Of a stretch of 64,000 nt of DNA, positions 13,944 to 26,000 are shown piece by piece. This DNA comes from Callorhinchus milii. Taxonomy: Eukaryota. The DNA lies in NCBI RefSeq assembly GCF_018977255.1, contig NW_024704742.1:26414001-26478000 (forward strand), in the 5' to 3' direction. The first letter of the stretch is position 1; each line of letters begins with the position of its first letter. The notes under the pieces were generated by a model. That model had not been told where the DNA came from and did no database searches. It saw only the letters and a list, made by a program, of their open reading frames with translations. Position numbers and translations under genes: made by a program.

Positions 13944-14771
13944 AAACTCCAGTGAAGAGTTTGAGTCATCCCGAGAATTTAACAAGACACTGTATGAAAT
14001 AAAAGGATTATTATGATTTTAGATACGAGTCGCTTCTGCAAGTGCCATTGGAGATATCCAAGCCTATCCTGTCCACACTGGAAACTCACCTATACTCATA
14101 AATTACAATGCAACACCATCAAGTGCATTCACCTGCTGAACCCCTGCAGGAGAGAGGTTGTCCGATTTGCTATTTAAAATGTGGAAATAAAAAAGAACAA
14201 GCTGGTATTTTTATAGCACTTTATCACATTGAAATGTCTCAAAACCATTTTGGTCACTTCATGACTTGCAAGTCGGCCATGTTTTAGCACACAAGAACAA
14301 AATAGTCAACTTCTGGGATATTGACTATTATTATTAATAATTAATATCATTTATAATAATTAACAATAATAGTAATCATTGCATTTGATAAAGAGCTTAT
14401 TGTGTCATGGTTAAGTAAATGTTGGTTCCAAATTCCAACTATAAGTAAACACACATTATAATGAGTCTTATAGCTGTTCTGTTCTAATCTGCAAAATCGT
14501 TGGAATGGGATCTTTAGTATCCATTGAACAAGACCTTGGTTTAACTTCATACCCAATGAAGGACACGTCTGACGATATTGAGCTTCCCCATTACTAGACA
14601 GGAGAGTCATCTTAATGTAAACATGTTATATTGAGTGAGCTGAAAGATTTGATAGTATTGCGGTCACTTTCTTTGCTGTGGCACAACTGAGCAACATCTG
14701 TGATGTTTGGTTGCCCAACAAAAAAGCATCACTACACAAACCATGCCCCAGTAATTACTGTGAATTGTTAT

Positions 14772-14865
14772 GAAATGGTTCAGTGTTGTGAGCTGGTTCA
14801 GTATTTTGAGATGGTTCAATGTTGTCAGATGGTTCAGTTTGTCAGATGGTTCAGGTGTTGTGTGA
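14772..14865 (+). repeat. Degenerate tandem repeat of about 18 bp (core GATGGTTCAG), about 5 copies
   Basis: Seen directly. Confidence 0.7.
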
Positions 14866-16531
14866 TATTCTGGTGTCAGAGGTGCTAATACTACAATTTC
14901 TTTCTTTATCTTTATCAAGGAAAGATCTCCAAAGCGGGTTTAATTAAATGATACATGTGTTGTGCTCGGGAAGGAAGCGGTCTAGGTTTAAAGTTTCAAT
15001 TTCAAATGCAAGGATTATTATTATTATTATTATCATAATTTGCATTACACCCAGCAACATCACGGCTCACTCACAGCCCTCCGTTGGGAATCTGTGACTG
15101 GCTGTGCCTTCACCATTTCGATCTTCAGGCGCTGACAGCATCAGCATCCAAGGCTGCACTCTCCACCTCTCAAAGCCAGTCAGGAACCTCGGCGTTCTGT
15201 TCGACCCTGAGCTGTCCTTTCTTCCTCATATCCGCGCCACAACTGGCACTGCCTTCCATCACCTCAAGGCTGGACTATGGGAGCTCTCTCCTCGCCGGCC
15301 TTCCCGGCACTTCCCTCCACAAACTGCAGGTCATTCAGAACTCTGATTGTTGAACAGTTCACCAGGAGATAGAAACTCATTTATGTTTACAAATATATGA
15401 CAATGACTGGAATCTGAGTGATGAATGGGCTGGGAATGGACAGCAGCTCAGTCAGCCTCTGAATGAGACATTCACAGGCGAGAACCTTCCTCAGTACAGT
15501 GTGTGAAGAGTCACACCTGAAACATTGCACCTTACTTACTTAGTCCAATGCTGCTGTGAGCTTGTGTTTTTTTTAAAAACAGAGATTTTTTAATATATAT
15601 ATTATAATGTAACATTAATAATTAAATTTTAATATATATGTGAATGCATTTAATTTGATGTACAATTTGAAACAATTGTGTTTCTTCAGGGTCTTATTAC
15701 AAATATTGCTTCTCAGGTTACAAAAGTGATCTCATGGGAACAATAACATGTCTCCTGGCAATATTAAGTAACATCCCAAACCCTCAGGGAGTACCTTATT
15801 GTTATTGTTCTCATTAGGGATTTCAGGGTAGGGCTTTTTAAAAGTCCTATCATCACATTTAATATTCTCTGGTCTCCTGTCTCAAACATATGTGAAATTT
15901 CTATTTCTCTTAATATCCTTTGGTATAGATTGCATGGTCAGGCTTATTTTAAAATCAAATCAGCCAATGCAAAAGTGACACCACCATTCCTGAAACTTAG
16001 GGCTCTCTCACTCTCAAGTAGGTTCATACCCACATCTTCTGAAATGGATTTTTGCAGCCCTCTTCTGGCCCCCCCCAAAAAAAAATTCCCCTCATCTTAA
16101 GGTGCTGACACAATGCAGGGTACAGTTCTGATACCTTAACTAAGTGGCATTCTTCATGCGTGAGCAGTGCCAGCAATAAACAGCAGTCTTTTTCATCATT
16201 AGGGCTATCACAGCTGAGCCTGATTTTATCCTCATTCAGTGAGCAACACACATTTACAGAAACATTCCTTCCATCAATGGTCACTGGATAGCAATTAGGA
16301 ACAAGAATCTGGTCCGATTTTCCTCCTCTCTAACCCACCGATGTCATTTTAGTTTCTGCACCTCTTCCCAGACTGAGCTCAGCCAATTCAGCAAAGGCCA
16401 GGAATTGAAGCTGTGGTCTTCTGGTCCGTGCGGCAGTTACGCAGCAAAAAAAATGCAACTTTAATGCTGCTCTGTGTCATTCGAACAGGTTGTAGAAAAG
16501 CGTGAAAGTCACAATAATGTATGTGTGTGTC

Positions 16532-16860
16532 AGTATGGCTCAGTTGGTAGCACTTTTACCTGAGATAGAGGTTGTTGGATCAAGCCACATATCGGGACTT
16601 TGAACTCTCAGTCTAGATTGAGACTCCAGTGCAGTGCTGGAGATGTGCTGCTTTGTAGTCCTTCAGATGAGATGTTAAACTGAGGTCCTGTTCACCAGTT
16701 TAGATAGACGTTAAAGATCCCACGGCAATGTATGAAGAGAAGGGAGTTTCTCCCATTGTCCAACAATCCAAATTAGTCATGCATTCACTTCAACACTATT
16801 TGTGGGATATTGCTGTGCATAAATTGGCTCCCACTTTTGCCTACAAGTACATAGCTCCTA
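16532..16860 (+). mobile_element. DeuSINE-type tRNA SINE
   Basis: GGCTCAGTTGGTAGCAC head; GACGTTAAAGATCCCACGGCA core. Confidence 0.7.
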
Positions 16861-17237
16861 CACTTTGCAGCAAGTCTTATGAAGTAAGATTCAGCCACTA
16901 CACCCCGAAACTCTGGAACACTCTCCCTCAACTTCTCTGCTTTGCCCGCTCTCTTTTTTCAAGACCCGCCTGACAACCTTCCTCTTCGACCATGTTTACG
17001 GCCACCTCCCCCACCCGGCTCGGAGTCAGGCTCTGCCACTGTTAAGCATTCTGAGACGCCTACCCTGCGTGGAGGGCGCTATATAAGTGCAAGTTATTGA
17101 AGTGCTTTTAGATGTTCTCTGAAGTGAAAGGCACCACAGTACAGTATCGTGAGTCGTCTTAAATAGGATCTCTTCTTCATGGCTATCATGGCATTTAACA
17201 GAGGCCCATCAAATGTAACAATCTCTTATTCTGGCTA

Positions 17238-17340
17238 CAAAAACAGAAGTTGCTGGGAACATTCAGCAGGTCAGGCAGCATCTATGGAGAAAGGAAAGTG
17301 AGTCAACGTTTCGGGTCCACGACCCTTCGTTAGAACTGTA
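17238..17340 (-). mobile_element. Penelope-like element terminal remnant containing a degenerate minimal hammerhead ribozyme motif
   Basis: Minus strand reads AGTT-CTAACGA-A-GGGTC-GTG-GACCC-GAAACGTT-GACT, followed by AGATGCTGCCTGACCTGCTGA. Confidence 0.65.
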
Positions 17341-18653
17341 TCCTACTCTGGCTCTCATTTAATCTCAATTCATTGTCTTGAACTAAAATTGGTGAAGGCG
17401 AGCGAGCGGGACTAAATATAAATGTTATGTCTGGCGGAGGAGGAGGAGGAAAATAATACCATAGAAGCCTCGAAAATATCATATCGTCCACCTGAGTTCT
17501 GAGCGAGAACATTGTAGTTAGTATTAAATATAGTACAATAATTCTGCTGTAACTTAATTGCTCCCTGAAGATTTAAGCCAGTAATTTTACACAATGAAGT
17601 GAAGTTATACCTACTGAGAACAGTGCTACCAATAGCTTCAGAAACCACTTCAGTTTGTGTCAGGAAGCACAAAACACCACCATCTGCTGTTTGATTGAAG
17701 CATATTCAAGCTGAACTGGTGCTCAGCACAACATATTGTAGAAAAAGATAATTGCATCAAGCACTGAGGTCAGTTTTACAGTAGCACATTGAAGGGTGAA
17801 AGCAATAATAAAAGAATCCTTGCATTTCATAGTGTCTGTCTTATTGTGTCAGTCAAACATGTCAAATACATTCACAGGATATACTGTAAAGTGCAGTGAC
17901 TGTGTGCTTTGTGAGCAAATGCAACCAATTTGGAAGGGCAGACCAGTCACTGGGAGCAGGGATTTATCCCACTCAGCTCCTGTTAACCCTGCAAGGCAAC
18001 GGGTAGGATGGTCTGAGCTGGAGGGTCAAACAGTAGAAAAGCTTAGCAAACAACGATATCAATGGCAAGCTATGTGGTTTCAGCTGGTTAGGCTCCAACA
18101 CTACCCCAGCACACTATGTGGCTCCCAAGCCCTAGCTCTTGCCAACCTGCTCGCTGAAATTAGGTAAGCAGAGTGCGCCTACCATTCCAATAAACATCTC
18201 TGGAATTACCATATGTAGGTGGGATGCATGGAATTCTCGGTCTGGTTTGGATACTCTTAAGCACAGTATTGGGATTCCGCATGTGTTAAGACACCTGGCT
18301 AACAAAAAAAATACAGCCATTAAGTGAATGACCAATTACATCTGGTGCAATGCTGACTGTCCCCTGAGAAAATCTTTACAATGGTAAATTCTCGTACCAG
18401 GAGAGATTAAATCTTTCATATCCATGGTATTTCCATTAGGTGCAAGACCATATGGCTATGTTCAGAATATACTCGATAAATTCTCCAGTAAGTTGTCAGA
18501 ACAACGATGATTGAAGCTGAACGCTCAGACAATGGAAATTGAAACAGAATTCCCATGTTAAACCTTAGGTTATATCTAGCAGCTCTGTGCACAGACCTTT
18601 ATAAAGATGCAGTCACAAAGGCGTACTTAACCGTTATTTTTTTCTAAAAAAAG

Positions 18654-20089
18654 TTTATTGTACTTTACCATACTTACAATAAAAATAAATATACAGTACT
18701 TTTTAATCCAACTGTTCAATCAATTGCAGTACTTATACAGAAAACACTTTGTGTTCTTAATCATTTAGTAAACATTGAAAACATCTAACATAACAATTTT
18801 TAGATCTATAAAAAACAAGTCAATTTTAAAATACACATTCTACAATATGGTTTATATATGAAAGTGCAATTAGAAAAATTCCATTGCTATAGCACCAACT
18901 GGAAGTAATAGAGAAGATAAAGCAGTCTGCTGGAAACCTTGCTTTCTGGATTGGCAACAAAAATGCAACGCTCCTCTTAACAGTATGGTAGCTTAGCACA
19001 ATACTTTTTATGAATCACTAGCATTACATTAGAATAATAAGTATGATACAGATGTACGTAACTGGACAAGGCATGTGATGTATAGCAGCAAATAGCGCAA
19101 GTACTGTACAATCGTGAACATCACATTGGCTACAGGTTTAAAAAGCCAGTCACTGTATTCTTATCAAAAATACAGTCAGAGGTTTCCTAATTTTGGGGGA
19201 GGGTTGGGGGAGGCAAACTACAGATCACAATGTGCAGAAAAGCTGCAGACAGAAGCCATGTGCCTTATATGCGTCAAAGTGATTTGTTAATACAGTATAA
19301 CTTTGCAAAAAGAGACAGAGTGCATCATAGCACTGTACTGTAGTAACTGCGTAACATTGGAATAAACATTTAACCCACAAAACAAGTGCTCCCCTCGCTG
19401 GTCTGACACACACGCTCCAGTTTACACTGTGCCGAGGCATCACACAAACATGAAAAATATTTTCTTATCCGATTCTGATTTTTGCTTTGCACCCAAGTCC
19501 AGTCGCTGACACACTTCATTTAATGGGTCACAGAGCACTGAGAAAGAGACGGTCCTAAAATAATTTGGTAATCCTTGAATTTGATATAGTGCCTTATATC
19601 ACGTCTTCAAGACGTCTCAAAGCGCGTCACAGAATAGACTATAAAATGGATTGACTGTATTTTGCGTTTTGCCCACAAAACACACAGTCACTACACTTTA
19701 CAGTATATTGTGTGAAGCGCTTTGAGACATCTCAGACGAGATAAGGGCGCTATATCAAATGCAAGGTTTATTATTATTATTATTTATTTTGTGGGCGAAA
19801 CAAAATATCGAGTGATTTTGCAGAGGTCAGGTACAAACGGCACAACACGGCACAGTGAAACCACACTGAACAGTGGACAGTGCACCCACCTTAGAACAAT
19901 GATTGAAAAAAAACACAGCTATAAATTCACTACATGAACAGATAATAAATGTTGGTATGAAAAGTTCCCAGTGAAGTGAAATTCAACGTTCGCAACATCT
20001 GACCTGGGCTGCTGCTTTACAATCTTTTATCTTCTTCAGGGCCCTCGTTCTTTAACTTCTTCATTCTGTTTCTTGTTTTACCCTACCCC
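18654..20089 (-). other. HMG20-like gene terminal exon (codes GRVKQETE* at 20061-20089 if exon 12 is skipped) and about 1.4 kb 3'UTR ending near AATAAA at 18654-18659
   Basis: Strong acceptor (long T run then acag|GGGGT) at 20090; minus-strand AATAAA at 18654-18659. Confidence 0.6.
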
Positions 20090-23000
20090 CTGTAAAAAAA
20101 AAACACACGCATTTTGAGTTAAATTCTGCTTCTGTCCATCAGTTTCTTTATGCAGGGTGAATCAAAAGTCCTCACTCGTAGGTCAAAATGAGATGTTCAA
20201 ACTGCACCCGATGTAGGCGCCTCGGCTTCCCCAAACTCCTCCCTCCATAGGCTGCAGATCATCCAGAATTCTGCAGCCCGTGTCCTCTCCTGCACCAGGC
20301 TCCGTGACGATCACCCCCATCCCTCGCCCGACTCCTCTGGCTTCCCATCACACAGAAGATATAGTTCAAGATCCTGGTTCTCACTTTCAAAGCCCTCCAT
20401 GGTCTTGCTCCCCCTCTACCTCTGCGACCTCCTAACCCCCTACCAACCTGCCCGCTCCCTCCGCCCAGTGGGCTCCAGCCTGCCTCACGTCCCCTGCCTC
20501 GCCTGCCCCACCATTGGCGGGCGGGCCTTCAGTCAATCTGCCCCCACCCCCAAAAAATCACTTGTAATAAATAACACTGAATGAAAATTTCAATTAAAAA
20601 AAGTAATAATTAAAAAGGTATCAGAGCTCGAAGGTGCAGGAATTGTACCTGGGTGGGAAAGCTACAAGTAAGAACTTGATTCACTATCCACATTGCCCTC
20701 AAGTTGTTCTTTGACAAATCTGTCCTCAATTGCCTGTTTAGAGCAATCATTTCAGTTGCATGGATACAACTGAGGTAAAGAGATTCATAAAAAACTGTAG
20801 CCAAAAAATGCCCCGATACAGGTTATAAAAAAACACTTTTGCATTGAAAACTTCACTCAGCTGGAATTCTAACAAGCTGCCTCTTGACCACTGCATAGCA
20901 ACTGTTGTTAACAACGGAGTAGAAAAAGGACGCTTTATGACATTTTCAACTAAGCAGCTGGTCTGTCTCATTCCATAAGGGCACCGTCGAAGATCCATTT
21001 CTTAAAACAAAGCTGAACTTGTCAGTTCTTCTGGCAAGTATTCAAATCCTACCTCACTCAGTCAGCTCCCAAATCTAAAACTGTCTCTGGGTAACAAAGA
21101 ATCTCTGTGGAACCCTCTTACAATTATGGTACCGTGGGTTCACTTCAGCATAATTGGCATGTCCACCCCAACATTTACATCCCCAAAAAGATCCGAATTG
21201 CCAAGTGCGCAGATTAATCAATTTGATCCCATCGGTATTCTCAGTAGATTTGGGCTGTTTTGGGGCATTTCAACATTGCTAAGTGTCATTAATGTGACGA
21301 TAATCAATTTGATCCCATCGCTTTTCCATTGAACTAAAATTACTTTCTGGAACAGAAGTCCAAACATTCGAAAGCACGCCACAAAGCTTAGCAAACACAC
21401 TTACCTTTACTTAGTGAGTGTATCAAGAGATAGGCACGGTTTCTGCTGAATGCAATTTCCTAGAAGTTATAAAATGAAGATTATTTTAATAATAGGATTG
21501 TTCTGACTGCCTGATCGTCTTAACTTGTGAACTTATGTGCGGGGGGGGGGGGGAAGAAAAGAGAAACCCGACCTAAAAGATTACTTTCTAAAAACATGTT
21601 CCAGAAACACAAGCATTTTATTTTATTGCATCAGCCATAAATCTAAACGCAAGTGCTGCAGAGTGATTTCAGTATCCTTTGTTTCGCCCTTCCCAAAGAA
21701 TTTCCGTAAAAAAAAATAATGCTTGCATTTGATATAGCGCCTTGTCATGTCTTCCAGTTGTCCCAAACCACTTCACAGACTATACTGTAAAGTGAATTGA
21801 CTATATTTTGGGGGCAAAATGCAGCAGCCAATTACGCAAAACAATGTCCTACAAACAGTTGTGAATTGAGTAACCCAAATTTTTTTTGAAGGGATTATTA
21901 CCCCTGGAAAGTGATCTGATAATTGACTAACAACCCGGTTGCTACTTACTGCTGGTAAACAGAGGCGTGTGGAGTACGGAGACTTGCCTAAGATTTCACC
22001 CAGGATTCAAACCCGGGTCCTCATTTAAAAGATATTAACACCTTTTAAATGCCACTGACACTTATCTCTTTGTCTCATTTATGGGGTCAACCTGGCTCAG
22101 TTGGAAACACTTTTGCCCAAGTATGTAGATTGTGAGTTCAAATGTCTTACTAATTCAGTCTTAATTTGAAGATTAATTTTTTGCTTTGTCAAATGAATAC
22201 TGAATATTTTTCCAAAATTCTGCAACATCTTCAGCCCTGGCCGACTATCCCTCAGATAAATTGGTCATTCACTTCAAGGCTGTTTGCAGAACATATCTTG
22301 AGCACAAACTGGCTGCCTCGTTCCCCTACAATTACACACAATGACTTCACTTTACAGCAACAACTTGCATTTATATAGCGTCCTTCAATTACTTGTGAAA
22401 TGCTTTGAGGCATTTCAATATCACTGGAGCTATATCAAATGAAAGTACTATTATTAGAATTACTTTAAGACAATGGTCTTAAGCTTAACATCAGAAATAT
22501 TGGGCCCCAATGTATTACAGCAGACAAAGAGACCATTTGGCTAATCACATCTGTGCTGATGCTCGCTCCCCAACTGGAACCAGCTCTTTGAATTTTGCTT
22601 CCTCCCTTACCTCTTTGAAAGTCTCAGGACCTATCTTTTGGATTCAGTCACCTTTCCCCTCCCACCCCCAGCTTGAGTGCCAAACTAGTTATTGTTAAGA
22701 TCCTAGGGATGTCCTCCCCATGTGCAAGGAGCTATATAAATATAAATTTGCATTGTATTGGATTGTAATTGTAATTCATAGTCTATGCAAACATCAATTA
22801 TAAATGTATTGAGCGTTACATAACATACCACTGTCCATTATTTGGATATGGAATTGAAAGAGCATGGGAACCATTTTTAAACTTTCCAGTTGTGTGTCCA
22901 ATGCGATTCCAGAGGCTTTCAAGTTTGCAAGATCAGCTTCCAGCTTTACCTTCCGATTCTGGGAAAGAAATTACATTGATACTTCTTGCTTAAACAAATT

Positions 23001-26000
23001 GTAAAAGATAAATCCATTAAGTTATTAGAAACCACGGGTTGCAACACGATGCTGGAACCAGTTCGGAAATGCTTTTAAAAAGGCACCCAAATCAATTTTA
23101 ATACAATCAGAGAGATGGATACCCAATTTACGAGAAAGCAAATGCATTTGGTGTGGCATATTTCATGTAACAAGATATCACTGCAGGGTAATACGTGAAC
23201 CCTAATGACTGAAGAGAAGAAATGCCATCTCACCTGGAAGCACTAAAAGCAGAGTTGGCCTCAAAATAGTGTCTCTTTGATGTTATATAAAAATAATAAT
23301 CCTTGCATTTGATATAGTGCCTTGTCATTGAAACATCTTAAAGCACTTCATTGAATTTACTGTAAAGTGAATTGACTGTATATTTTGTGGGCTCTCAACA
23401 AAGTTAACTGCCTGAATATTACTTCAGAATTTCAAACTCACTCACTCCAGCCGTAAGTTTTTAATGTCTCTTTTGAAAAGCACTTAATAATAATATAATA
23501 ATAATCCTTGCATTTTGATATAGTGCTTTTCACATCTTCTTGACGTCTCAAAGCGCTTCACAGAATATGCTGTAAAGTGATTTGACTGGATATTTGTGGG
23601 CGAAATGCGGCAGCCAATTGCGCACAGCAATGTACCACAAACATTCGTGGATTGAAAATGACCAATTTATTATTGTTTTGTAGGAATTATTACTAGGCGT
23701 GTGGAGTAAGGAAACTTGCCCAAGGTTTCGCCCTGCCTGGAATTGAACCCAGGTGTCTCGCTTGCAAGGCGAGTGCTCACTTGCATTGGCGAGAACAACT
23801 GAATGAAGCCTTGGATGCTTTCTTCACAAATAACCCCTTCCACCCAAAGAAAATTGCAGACTGCATCATTAAAGCCAACAGAGTACATTTACCTTCAAAA
23901 CTTCTAATTGTTTGCTTAGATTTTCATGTTCATCTTGTGCACTTTCCAAAGATTTTGTGAGTTCACTAAGTTCAAACTCTCTTACTGCAGGGGGAGTGAG
24001 AGAGAAAAAAAAAAGCTCAATATGCATTTTTTTCTGGTTTTAAACATAATCAATTCTCAGTTAACATCTGTCTGATTCATGTCCCCTGCTCAATCTACCC
24101 CATCAGTCGGTGAGTTTTCAGCCACTCTATCCCCGTTCTCTGCAACACCTCTCCGACCTACTATCCCCCTACCTTCCTGCCCGTACCCTCCGTTCCTCTG
24201 ACTCCAGTCTGCTCCACATCCCCCGCCCCAACCTCCCTACCATCGGTGGCCGGGCCTTCAACCTCTCAGCCCCGAGGCTCTGGAACTCTATCCCCCAGTG
24301 CCTTCGCCGCCTCCTCCCTTTCCTCCTTCAAGGCCGGTCTCAAGACTTTCTCTTTGACTGTGCCTTCAGCTCCCCTCTCGACTCTCTACCCCCTCCTCGC
24401 TCCCTCCCTTCCCTCCCCTCATCCTGACCATTTCCTCCTGCTCGGGTCCTGACCCAACTGTCCAGCGCCTTGGGACGTCCTCCCGACGTGAAAGGCGCTC
24501 TATAAATGGAATTTTGTTATTGTTGTTGCAACTCCATTCTGGAGCATTTCTGCCTTACCACCTCCCTCTCTGGTTTTAAATCCAACCTTAAGAGCACCTT
24601 TTTTCAACTGCAATTCCAGTCACCTTTCCCTCTCCCACATCCCTGCCTCTGTTTAATGTGACTTTATCATCTCCCTTGGCCCCACTATCCAAAACTGTTG
24701 TTCAAATGGCTAAGGTGAAACAACAACAACTTCCATTTATATAGCGTCCTTCAAGTGGGGTAGTATAGCTTGAGACAGAATAAACATAGACTAGAAAGTT
24801 TTAAAAAAAGGATTAAAAGCTAGTTGCTGGAGATGCAAGGATGTTGGTTTTAACTCAATGGGTCTCAGAGATTTGATCCAATAGGAGAGCTCACAACAGA
24901 GTAGAAACAGTTCAACTTAACTGTAACTCTAAGTTGATTGAGAACAAAGTCAAAAAATAATTAAGAGTCGTTGAATGACGTTCATGCTTACATTTGACTT
25001 GTTTGAAAATATATTCCTCCAGAAGGCTGAGGTTGAGTGATGTATGGCTGTGCTTGGAGGTCAGTCCGCATAGCTGAGAGAGCTCGGTTGAGTCTGCATC
25101 CTCTGCTAAATCCTCGTCTCCCAGCTGTTCCTGCTGCTGCTGCTTCGATAGCTCAGCTGCCTCCTTTTTAAACTCTCCTGTTTGAATTCAGAGACACAGC
25201 CATTAACCCCCTCCCGTGGTCAGTGTGGGCTCTGTGCATGCTTCAGGTTATCGCTACCCGATACATTACAGCGAATGTACAAATGTGAAGCTCGAGAGGT
25301 CTGCTAATTTACCCTCATCCGACAAAATCCAATGTGCATTTTACATCCTGAATCCTGAGCCCTCTTAAAGGAGTTGAAATAATAATCCTTGCGTTTGATA
25401 CAGTGCCTCATCACGTCGTTGAGAAGTCTCAAAGCGCTTCAGAGAATATATTGCAAAGTGGATTGACTATGTATTTTGTGGGAGAAAAGCAGCAGCCAAT
25501 TGCGCACAGCAGTGTCCCACAAACAGATGTGGATTGAATTTTTTGGGGGAATCATTACCCCCGGAAAGCGATATGCCAATCGACTAACACCCGAGTTCCT
25601 ATTTATTGCGAGGTAATCAGAGGTGTGTGGAATAAAGAAACTAGCCTCAGCTATTGCCCTGCCCGGGAATTGAACCCGAGTCTTCTTGTTTGCGAGGTGA
25701 GTGCACTAACCACTACATTACGAGACTACAGTAATCCTCTAACTAAACCTCAACAACAGAAAACAATGTGCATTTTACATCCTGAATCCTCAGCCTTCTA
25801 AAAAGCAGGAGTTGAAAAGTAGTCAGAATAAAAATTAAAACAAACAGAGGCAGACATTTCCGCTGCACTGGTTTTGGCAGAAAGAATTGAGCTTGAGGGG
25901 AAGTAAAACTGACAAGTTTGTAGCTACTCCAACAATAAAATAAATTCAGTGCAAGTACTACATGGTACACACCATCCAAAACAAGGCGTGTGTGCTGCAG

